Source: Chrysomallon squamiferum (taxonomy: Eukaryota; Animalia; Mollusca). Taken from it: 64,000 bases of DNA. The notes below the pieces were generated by a model that saw only the letters and a program-made list of their open reading frames with translations, was not told the origin of the DNA and ran no database searches. Made by a program: the position numbers and the translations under genes. Shown here in pieces: positions 1 to 10,495 of the stretch. Within the stretch, counting starts at the first letter, position 1, and every line of letters begins with the position of its first letter. Location: contig CM022672.1 in the NCBI GenBank assembly GCA_012295275.1, positions 3,782,001 to 3,846,000 on the forward strand, read 5' to 3'.

Positions 1-68
1 ATTCAAATTAATATTTATTGAGAACACTTGCAAAACCTGTATGTAATCTTATGACTATTACATTTTAC

Positions 69-95
69 CTTCTTAGAAGAACATCCTGATTTCTT
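69..95 (-). CDS. POLN: POLN-like gene, 27-nt exon (KKSGCSSKK); gene continues beyond the left edge
   Basis: tatttttcAG acceptor and AAG|GTAAAA donor; phase 0/0; open frame. Confidence 0.6.
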
Positions 96-717
96 CTGAA
101 AAATAAATAAATAAATAAATAAATGAAATAATAATAATAATGCTACTGTTACTACCACTACTACTACTATTACTATTACTACTACTCCTATTAATAAATA
201 CTACTACTAATAATAATAATGCTTATTATCATTATTATTATTACTATTTTCATCATTTTCTCCTTCTTTGTGATAAATGTTATGATAAATGTATTTAACA
301 TTTATAAACTGACCTTAATTATACAGGTATCCATTAAATGATTAAATTATATTTAATAAATCATTTAAACACAATGAATATATATGTAATTTAAAACAAA
401 CCAAAACTAACATCAACATCTAGTTGAAACAAAATAAGTGCCAGCTTTAGTTAAGTGCAGATGTTTTTAAATATTGGTAATTACAAATATATTAATAAAT
501 ATACATATTTAATTATTGTAACAAAAAAAAAAAAAATAATAATAATAATAAGAATAATAAAAAAACATTCAAAAAATAGTATTAAATAACAAAAGTCTGG
601 CATATGATATAGAAATTTGACTGGATTTCATGTTTCTGATATGTAGTGTTCATTATTATTAATATTTTTGAATTTCTGACCTAATTTGTCAGTTTTTAAT
701 TTTTCAATTTTACATAC

Positions 718-885
718 TGATGGTTCACATGTGTGTGGATCATCCATCATGGTAGAATTATCAGAAAAGCTGAGTGTCATGCAAACTGCATCAGTATCTA
801 GAATGTGTGAAATCAGCTTGGTTTTTTCTACATCTGACAGTAAACTTACATCTGTCCACTCAACTGTGGAATTTAGTACAGAAAT
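718..885 (-). CDS. POLN: POLN-like gene, 168-nt exon (ISVLNSTVEWTDVSLLSDVEKTKLISHILDTDAVCMTLSFSDNSTMMDDPHTCEPS)
   Basis: ttttttcttcAG acceptor, TCA|GTATGT donor, phase 0/0. The peptide aligns by eye with the human POLN segment recalled as [36 protein letters not shown]. This is the main basis for the gene name. Confidence 0.75.
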
Positions 886-1259
886 CTGAAGAAAAAAGAT
901 CCAGTAAACAATAAATAATTATAAATAAATAAATGAAAGAATGAATGAATGAATGAACAATAATAATAATAATCATCATGTAAATAATGATGATGATGAA
1001 GGTACTAAAAATGATGGCACTAACATTATAGCTAGAAGTCACATTAGCATTAAGAACCAAATAAATTGGTTATTTATAAGTAATACAAAACTTATTTAAA
1101 CCATTTGTTTATAGCTTCATAGATACACTTGACAAGAAATAAATAAAACAATAATGTGAAGTTACATAAAATGTAATTAAGCTTTTTGTTAGCTAGAGCA
1201 CACTTAAATATTATTAAATAATTAACTTAAAGAATTATTATGTAATAAGTAATCAATAC

Positions 1260-1388
1260 ATCAGATGAAAATATTGTGTCTTTAGATTTCTTGTTAACAA
1301 AGATGGTTCTTGGAAAGTGCTCTGTCTTTTTCTTGAATGTTTATTCTGTACACTGAGATCTGAAGGCTTTTTTGATATACCATTAGAT
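1260..1388 (-). CDS. POLN: POLN-like gene, 129-nt exon (R-SNGISKKPSDLSVQNKHSRKRQSTFQEPSLLTRNLKTQYFHL)
   Basis: ttttgtttcAG acceptor; phase-2 entry matches the previous exon; donor AT|GTATTG. The exit phase (2) does not match the next exon (0). Confidence 0.65.
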
Positions 1389-1567
1389 CTGAAACAAAAT
1401 GTAAATAAATAAATAATGTTATATACATATGGATATTAACTTATATTTATCATTATACACCTTCTATTTAGAAACAATAACTAGATAAACATAATATTTG
1501 TTTGTGATATTGCACTGTAAATTGTACATTTTTACACTAGGGTTCAGGAAACTTGTTATTTGATCAA

Positions 1568-1627
<60 letters not shown>

Positions 1628-1695
1628 TAAAATAAATAATAATAAAAAATAATAAAAAATTTAATAAAATAATTATATATTGTTAGATACAATAC

Positions 1696-1742
1696 CTTTC
1701 ACTTCTTTTAACAATGACTTCACCAAAGTTAGATTTGTGAAA
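1696..1742 (-). CDS. POLN: POLN-like gene, 47-nt exon (FHKSNFGEVIVKRSE-R)
   Basis: aattatAG acceptor and AG|GTATTG donor. Phase 0 in and phase 2 out, matching both neighbouring exons; frame is open. Confidence 0.7.
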
Positions 1743-2150
1743 CTATAATTACATGAAAATATTCTAATCAATTTTTGTTCTTTTGTTTGTATATATTTGT
1801 ATTTGTACATATATATATGCATTCTGCATGGTCTTTATCTCTGACTGTGACTGTGGCATGTATAAACATATACATATATAATTTAAAGTATTAATTAAAT
1901 ATGAAATAAATTTATCTTTGAAAATAAGTGGCCTTAACAGAACTTATTAAAGGTTTTGTTTAGGATCATTTGATACCTCCAATAAATTAACCTTTTTAAA
2001 GAAAATATAAAATAATACAGGTAAGCGTTCACATATAGTTAAATACAGATTTAAGAAGATTATTTTTTTTTATTTTTTTCCCTTTTTTTATTATTATTTA
2101 TTTATTTATTTATTTATTTATTAATTTATTTATAGAAATTATTAAATTAC

Positions 2151-3216
2151 CTGTCCTGATTTTTTAATTAATTCTTTTTTTGAATCTTCTGACGCTATCA
2201 GGTTTAAAGAATTATTTTTGTTTTCAGTATTCTCTCCGTTATACAATTCTTGAGGCAAAATGTCTATTACGGCTGAGTCACTGTTTTGTCTCCTGTTTTC
2301 ACTTGTTTCAGATTCTTGGAACAGTTTTGTTGATCTGCCACTATCATTCATATATTTACTATAAGACGTGGCAGTTTGTGTAGAAGTATTTCTTCTTGAA
2401 TCTGGTTTAAAATATCTTTTAAGGCTATCAGTAATTTTCATTTGAAAAGTTTTCTTACAATTAGGTCTGTCTACATTATCTTGGTTATTTTTATCAACAG
2501 AATCTCTTTTATTAAAAATATTATTATTTGGATTTTTATATGAATAGTTCTCACTGCAGTAAATATTGTTTTGATCATCTGGTACATGTGTTTTAACAAA
2601 TTTGTTTTTGCATTTTTCATGACCAAAGCATAATTTTGTACGACTTTGATGCAGATTGTTCTTGACAAGGCTATTGCACTCAGAATAATTACTTGGACCC
2701 TCTGATTTTGATGTATTATTATTACTGGTTGCAGAATGCAAAGAAGGTGAATTTGAACTATTGCTGTTACTGCTCAAAAAACTAAAAGAAGAAGAAAATT
2801 TTGAGTTGTTACCATTGCTCTCAGCACCTGATTTTGAGTTGATACTATTACTGCTCAAAGAAATAAATGATTCTGGATGAGAGATGTTTGAAATATTCTT
2901 ATTCAGTTCTATTCTATTTGAAGCAGAATTTTCAGTAGATGATGATTGTTGCAGATAATGATTATCACCATTATCCAAATAAGAATTCATACCTAATGGT
3001 AATCTTTCTTCCTGGGGATTCTGATGTAAGAAACTTGATTTAATGTTAGTAGAATTCTGAAAAGACCAGAAAGGCTTCATGTCTGTCGGGTTACTTGAAA
3101 CAAATCCATAGCTATCTTCTAAATCTCTGGTGTTTAATCTGTTTTGTAGATTGTGGGCAGAAGGTAATTTTTTTAAAATCTTGATTCATATCTTGATTTA
3201 TAGTAGTCTGAGGGCT
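2151..3216 (-). CDS. POLN: POLN-like gene, large Ser/Asn-rich, probably disordered exon; reading-frame break near 3175
   Basis: Acceptor ttttttacAG at 3218-3217 and donor CAG|GTAATT at 2150 (phase 0). Contains the 312-aa ORF 2142..3080, whose frame stays open back to 3185. The incoming phase-1 frame reads EPSDYYKSRYESRF then TAA (3175-3173). Confidence 0.7.
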
Positions 3217-3637
3217 CTGTAAAAAATGGAAATAATTTTTTTCTTCTTAAATAATATATAATGATTAAATAATAATAAAAAAAAAAATTATAAAAAGAAA
3301 AGAAAAAGGACAGGAAAAAAAACATATATAGAAAAAAGAATCAAACCACATTAAATAAAAGACAGTGTCAGACATTTGAATTTCATGTTCAGTATCTTGA
3401 AAACATTTTATGAAAAATGTATTATAATTTCAAAATAAACTTATTTTCACATGTGAAAAAGAGGGATATTGTGCCTAGATTAACATTTTTGAAACTGATA
3501 ATTTAATTAATTATTATTATTATTAATTAATTTATTTGTCAGTTTTTTCATTTCTTCTGGTTTTCTTATTCAAAATTAAATTAATATATCCATAAGCTGA
3601 GGAAAAATAAATAAATAAATAAATTAATAAATATATA

Positions 3638-3689
<52 letters not shown>

Positions 3690-3751
3690 TAAAAAAATTA
3701 AAATATTGTGTGAAAAATTTAAGAAATCAAAAACACTAAAATGAAAAGAAC

Positions 3752-3875
3752 CTGGGTAAGCATTTTCTTTCTTCTCAATGTGTAGACTAAGACCATGATG
3801 ATCGATTTGATACTTTTCTTCTAAAGCTGAAATCATTCTTTGAGTGTCTTCAGATATATGGTTGTATGATGACAT
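3752..3875 (-). CDS. POLN: POLN-like gene, first coding exon (MSSYNHISEDTQRMISALEEKYQ...NAYP)
   Basis: Acceptor ttgtatAG at 3884-3883, ATG at 3875, donor CCAG|GTTCTT (weak, phase 1) at 3751. ISEDTQRMISAL resembles the vertebrate POLN N-terminal motif LSSVAQKIMSAM as I recall it; no alignment was run. Confidence 0.6.
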
Positions 3876-4775
3876 GATGTATCTATACAATATATTAATC
3901 AATTATATTAAAATAAATGTGATAAATAAACAATCAGATTAAAAGATAGAAAATGCAGAAAAAAGAAACAGTGACAGAGTAAAAATAACTAATAACTGCA
4001 TTCTCATAAAAAATAAAATAGTGTATTTATTAGAAATAAAAAATTAATTTGTTTTTTAAATTTAAAGAATTAGCACTGATTTTAAATATAAATTATACAT
4101 AATTGTTTTTGAGACAGAAACAAATGAATATTTTATCACAGTATACAATTGACAGGTTTTTTACTTTTTAAAATAATTAAACTACATATTTTTTCAATTT
4201 GTAGATATTAACATTGTACAGAATATATTTATTTATTTATTTTTTAAATAAGTATAAATATATATATATAAATAAATAAATAATCCTAATAATAATTTAT
4301 TAACATGCTGACTTTTTAGTTGTTCCTTTTAATTTTTATTTCTTATTCTCTTTAAAGAAACAAATTAATAATAATAAAAAAAATAATTACTGACACAGTG
4401 ACAGACATATCTGGATGACATTCGCCAATCGTATTAAAATTTCAATTATTTTTTTTCTCTCTCTCCTGCTTTTCTGAATTTTATTTCCTAATCTTCGTCA
4501 GCATTGAATATTTGGTGACAGGTGCAGGACTGATTATGTTTAGAGAAAGTATTTTGTAATGTTAAAGAAATAATTACACGGACCAGTAATTTTAGAGCAG
4601 AAATAAAATGAGATTTATTCTCTGTCGTCTTATGTAAATTTATTTATTTATTTTATGCATATCACAGTTTTAAATTAATATATTTTTCCACCATTTTTAT
4701 ATTTCCAAACATACTGTTAACAAACAGATTAGTAAATCGTAAATAATTTAGGACAGCTGCAATTGTAGCGCTTAC

Positions 4776-4880
4776 AGTTCCGTAAAAATATTTAGACGAC
4801 CTCAGATAAAAGCGCAGCAGACGACATCTTCCATATTTTCGTATTATTTTCATTTCTACTTTGCGAACAGAATCACATAG
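4776..4880 (-). other. Candidate non-coding first exon (5' UTR) of the POLN-like gene
   Basis: Donor ACT|GTAAGC at 4775-4770, located where CpG density rises. Contains short uORFs only. The 5' end is approximate. Confidence 0.4.
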
Positions 4881-4929
4881 TAAATAAATAAATAAATAAA
4901 TAAAAAATAAAAAATACATACAAATAATT

Positions 4930-5160
4930 CGAATTTTATAACTAGCTAGGTGTCAGATTTGAGGCAAATGTTTTTCTTCAAATTTGGTTCGAGACTGAAT
5001 TGCGTAATCACGTGACCCTGACTGCGTAGACGGCAATCAGTGCTGTCATTTTGCGAACATTAACTATCAAGTGATTGTTTTACTTATTTTAAAAGATTGA
5101 ATAATCACTGATAATAATTTTATACTGCAGACCGTGACGATGCACGGAGGTTGATGTTTT
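4930..5160. promoter_or_regulatory. Probable promoter region of the POLN-like gene
   Basis: CpG-containing patch immediately upstream of the gene with a palindromic TCACGTGA E-box (5008-5015), at the boundary of the CpG-depleted gene body. Confidence 0.45.
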
Positions 5161-5646
5161 CCTGTCTTTCTTTACCCTTTGCTCTTGAGAATGAATCATG
5201 AAAGAATTGCTGAAAAACGTAATAACACATTATATAATTATGGTTTTCTAACGAAATGAAGGCAAAACTGTAAAGAATATATAGATCATAATACATAATC
5301 TGTTCGACTAGCACTTTCATTTCTCACGCCTTTTATTTTGTATTTAGTAATTATTATTATTATTATTATTATTAAAGACATCTTTTACGAATCGCTACTT
5401 ATACTGTTTAGCCGTACCTGTTTTATTATTAGAAATTTTTAGATCACGAATAACACAATCACCTGAATGTCTAGAAAGTGTTTATTTGCTAGTAATACCA
5501 CTATTATTCTTGAAATGCATTTCTTTTTTTTTTTTTTTTTCTTTCTTGCTATGGGTAGAGAGAGAAAGATAGATTAAATGACCATAAAGGTAAGTAAAGA
5601 TAGTGTAGAACAACAGTTGTGTGTTCAGTCATCATCATCATCATCA

Positions 5647-5684
<38 letters not shown>

Positions 5685-6856
5685 AATAATATTATTACCA
5701 ACACTAATACGGTATACGTACGCTGTGAACTAAAATAGTTTATTATTTATAAATAAGCTTATTATGTATCAAACGTTGAAAATATCAGATATATGCTCGA
5801 ATTCCGCGTATAAATGGAAACGCATAATCCTTTCAAAACAAACGTATCGCATTGTACTGAGTTCATATAATACAGAAATAATCGCTAAAATGTATTTTTA
5901 AAGTCCATCTTCGTTGTTACGATAATGTGTACTGTCACGACAACAGGGCGCGCCTAATGGAATAATGGACTGATTAGTGCACGGTTCAGATCATTAATCT
6001 AACTATAAAGAAACACTCCATGCCCCTCTCAAATCAATTATGTATCTGATGGGAACAACTAGGTAACCGTGCATGCGCGAACGCCATTAGACCTACCTTC
6101 GGTCATTCGTGAAAAAGCAATTAGGATAAAGTAAATAAAAATCTGTCACCGGCACAAATAGCTGAAATACAGCTTATAACGATGGTATTAAAGGTATTAC
6201 TATTAGCTTACAGTAATGGTGGGAGATATAGTTAGCTGACGACATCATCAGGTTTCGGCGTCAGTGAGACGTCCAATAAATAAATAAATAAATATGATAA
6301 GAAAGAAATATAATAAGAATTTTATTATTTTATTATATTTATTTTAATAGGCATTTATTTCTGTGAATTGTTTTATTCAGTCATTCATATATTAAATTAA
6401 CCATTATGATTCAGATTCGCATTAATTATTATTAATTAATTAAGTCCTAAATAAATAATCATAAATCTGTCAGTCGGAAACTGTAAGCCTTCTGCATATA
6501 GCAAGAACGCTTTCTTAATTTACTTTACACAGGGTTTTCGTTAAAATATTCCAGAAACAATTTAAGTTAAATAATTAATAATAGTGATGCTGTTTAATAT
6601 AAATATCATCAAGAACAACACTATCAACATTTCCATAAAGGTTATAATGAAAATACCACGTAAATAAATAAATAAATAAATCATTAAAATATTAAAAAAA
6701 AAAAAAAAAAAAAAATAAAAAAAAAAAAATTCAATGAAAATAATTAATTAACATGAACATGACCATTAACAACGATATTATGAAAATGTTTATAGAGGTG
6801 ATGATGAAGATATTAATTACGTACATACATATACATACATATTATTAGTATTATTA

Positions 6857-6864
6857 TATGTATG

Positions 6865-6896
<32 letters not shown>

Positions 6897-6948
6897 TGTA
6901 TGTATGTATGTATGTATCTACGTATGTATGTATGTATGTATGTATGTA
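6857..6948. repeat. (TATG)n microsatellite
   Basis: Direct reading; a similar tract lies at 61237-61306. Confidence 0.95.
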
Positions 6949-7410
6949 TTATTCTGACCATTATTTCTGTAACTGTTTATTTTTGAAAATGTTTCATGTC
7001 TCAATCAGAATTGGAGTAGGCTGCGGATCTGTTGCCCGGATGTTTTATGGTGATACAGGTGAAAAAAACATGGCGGGTTCTTTGATCCCCGACAAACCAG
7101 ATACTGGACATTGCGTACATACATCTTTTTTGTTTTCAAACAGCATATCTGTTGTACACATGTTCATAGGTATCTCTCTACGTCTAACACAGGTGTCTGA
7201 GTTTACTTTATAATCCAGATAAAGATTTCTTTCTTTTTTACTTTCTTTTTTTAATCGTTTTGTATAATATATGTTTTAAAAATTACAAATATAAATGTAA
7301 TTATAAGGGTGAAACTTATATTTAATTCTACAATAAAAAAAAAATAAAAAATAAATTCTGAGAAAGTGTAATTCAAAAACTGATATCTTTGGATATAACA
7401 TCCAGATTTG

Positions 7411-7455
<45 letters not shown>

Positions 7456-7697
7456 ATTATTTAATTTAATTTAATTGATTTTATTTGATTTAATTTATTC
7501 ACGTTGTACATTTTGAACACTTACTTTTGATTTTTGTGAGGATATATAGTTACCTCAAACAGCCTTTAACAATAATAAAGTATACCAATAATATTCATAA
7601 CAAGACAATGGAAACTGATTGATCTTGCCATTTTCTTTTTTTATTAATTTTGTCCTCAGGATGTAACCTCATGTCTATATGTGCGTTATTTTGAATA

Positions 7698-7736
<39 letters not shown>

Positions 7737-7851
7737 TCTTTAAATGTATTAGGAAATCTGTTTTATTATTATACTATTATATGGACATATTATGTTCATA
7801 TTTTGACTTTATTCTGAAATAGAAATGAAAAATTGTAGTAAAATTATTACG

Positions 7852-7888
<37 letters not shown>

Positions 7889-7889
<1 letters not shown>

Positions 7890-8148
7890 AGACTGAGAAT
7901 CCACCTTCCAAAATCCGAAAATATCCGAAATCTGAAATTTTATTCTGTGCACAAAATTATCAAAAATATAATTTATAAAAAAAATCGTGTTGACTGTTTG
8001 AAGAAGTGTATATGAAATATAACTGGTCTTCGTATTAAGACTTAGATTCTGTTCTCAGGTTGTCTTCTTGCATTCCACTATATGAATATTTCCATAATCA
8101 GAAACACTTCCGGTCCCAAGCATTTCGGATAAAGTACTTTTCAACCTT
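7889..8148 (-). mobile_element. Tigger4/Zombi-like (pogo, Tc1/mariner superfamily) non-autonomous DNA transposon
   Basis: TA dinucleotides on both flanks (7887-7888, 8149-8150) and degenerate terminal inverted repeats (cagactgagaatcc / ttttcaacctt). The minus strand reads TTATCCGAAATGCTTGGGACCGGAAGTGTTTC...TTTCATATACAC...ATAATTTTGTGCA, matching my recollection of the Tigger4b/MER46 consensus. Confidence 0.75.
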
Positions 8149-8261
8149 TATTACTGTTGTTGTTATCAAATGTTTGATCGGACAGTCGCTTCTCGATTTA
8201 GCACATACGGTTTTAGAAAGACAGATATATATTTTTTATCCATGTGTTATACATGTAAAAT

Positions 8262-8309
<48 letters not shown>

Positions 8310-9559
8310 AAAGAAAAATAAAGAAAAAATTAGAATGATTGTTTCGTTCTGCTTCAGACATTTCCCACGCACCCTGCTTGCAAACAATTGATATAGCATT
8401 CTCAAATGTTCCTCGGCAGGTATTAATTTGTTTATAATATGCAAACAAGGTCATTCAAACAGTGAAATATCGTGAGATTTTATATTACCACGAGATTTAA
8501 GCTGGATCTGGCAGACGTGATTCTGACAAATGCCAATTATAGGGTTATGCACTTGGTGTCGCGACTAACCTCAGATTAATATTTTACTCTCAAAATATTA
8601 TTAATCTTTATGCTCGATTGCATATAAAAAAAATAATAAGTATTGTAGAGGAAAGAAATGAAAATTTTATGGAAATGGTTAAACCGCCAACATCTAAAAA
8701 TGTAAGTTGATAGCTTGAATTAAAAAAAATCGAAACCATAGTCTAGATCCAGAAAGTGAAATTTGTAATCAGTAATCAGAAACCGATAGGGGTGGAATCA
8801 GAATAAAAATAATAATTAAAAAAACACACAAGAAAACATTAAGGTCAGTGATCAAGATTGAATAAGTGAAACAAGATCGAAGATTTAAAAAATAATAATA
8901 CAAAAATAAAACTAAAACCCCCAACAAAATCCCAACAATAACAGACGCCAGTGTTTAGATATAAAGCCTGGAAACCGGAAGCCGAGATCACAGCCTTGAC
9001 TCATAATCCATAGTCTGAAACAAAAATTAGAGCGAGAACTGAAAACGATAACGAGAAAAACCGAAAGCCTAAAATTAAAAAAAAAAAAAAACAACAAAAA
9101 ACAACAACAACTAAAGCCTAGAAATGGAAATTTATCACTGTCGAGTTTTATTTTTGAAATATTTTTTTTCTGTTCAACTCGTTTTCTGTTATAAGAGTAA
9201 TGGTTTTGAAAAAGTCGATTTAATAACCAAGTTCAAATTCAGTTCATTCGGTTTGATCAGATAAACACAAAAAGAAAAACCCAAGAGGCTCATTAAAACA
9301 AAATTATCGAAATGAGCGTCTGTTAAAACCTTAAAAAAATAAACAGAAAGGTTTTTTTTCCCCAAAACACTGCACATTCTCAGTGAGATTATCTTCAGAG
9401 AGACAGTATTTCAGAGAGGAAATATTTCTTTCTGCCGCCTATTAGTGTTTCAGATAAGAACCAATAACACATTTTGGAAATATTATACTGTCAGTTATTT
9501 GAGAGGTCGTCAGTTATTGTTGTTCTGTTTAAAAGTTCTGTGAACTGAAAAAACACTCG

Positions 9560-9760
9560 GTTCAGATTTCGACCGGAACGGAATCGCACGTGAAGGACCT
9601 CTGCAACGGACGCCGTCGTCGTTACCGGAAGTTCAATTTACGCTTTACTGTGACTATAAATATGAAAATATTTTCTTTAGATTCCTATGTAGGCCGGCGC
9701 TTCTACAAACAAATAACGAGTAATACGAATTATCTGTTTCGTTTTCGTCGAACAATATTT
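9560..9760. promoter_or_regulatory. CpG-rich promoter-like island
   Basis: High CpG density, ETS-type CCGGAAGT (9625-9632), a second CCGGAA and a CACGTG E-box. No associated ORF. Confidence 0.35.
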
Positions 9761-10199
9761 CTTTTTTATTAAACTTTTGTCACTGGCGTTATTATTCCGT
9801 ATTTTAACAGTTTTATGCGTTAAGTGACAGGAAATTGGTTTTCGCATCTTCAGTGCTTTTCCTTTCAGCCCGTTTCATTTTCCAAATGTAACCCCTAAAA
9901 TTAACCAAATGACCTCACTTTTCGGCCAAAAATAATTTTGTCTCAAAGAATTTGTAATAAAAAAAAAAAAAAAAAAAAAAAAAGAAAAGAAGAATCGCCA
10001 CAAATTAAGTAAATATTTGAAACTATTATTAGATAATGTTATGGAAGTTATTTTTACATTTTTTTTTTCTAATTTTCTTCTTTCATCGTTAATTAAGACT
10101 TCGAGGGGAGAATCACTGAAATAAAATAAGATTCAGACATCCACGTGTACACCTCACTCATACACAGGTTTCACATTGTGAGCGTATATTAAGAATACT

Positions 10200-10495
10200 C
10201 TTTGTTTTTCGTATATATTAATAATAAACGACTTATGGTTTTGTCATGTCGCCCTTTCAAAATGTTAACTGATGGATTGTTGACCTTTTGATGCACGTGT
10301 CTAGTACGTCACCTGAGGTGTGTAACTGATTATTTTTCTCGCATGCTGATGTCAGGTGCAAAGCTCATTTTTGTGGGTGGTGGTCCCGATATGTATATTT
10401 TTAAAAGATGATATTCTGAAAATAGAAAAGTATCTCTTCCATTAGAAACAAACAGAGACACAGACTAACCTTTGCTTCTAATAAAGTATAGTATT
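10200..10495 (+). mobile_element. Possible Helentron/HINE-like non-autonomous element remnant
   Basis: Ends in acaaacagagacacagact...ctttgcttctaataaagtatagtat. This resembles the microsatellite-plus-short-tail end of invertebrate Helitron-derived elements; pattern recognition only. Confidence 0.3.

Noticed and set aside
4391-4421. Alternative first coding exon MSSRYVCHCV with GTAATT donor on the minus strand
   Set aside because: Its exit phase (1) does not fit the acceptor at 3882 (phase 2), and the donor is weak.
6236-6275. CTGACGA / CTGATGA / CGAAAC words suggesting a hammerhead
   Set aside because: The core elements are in the wrong order on both strands; only a 6-bp hairpin is supported.
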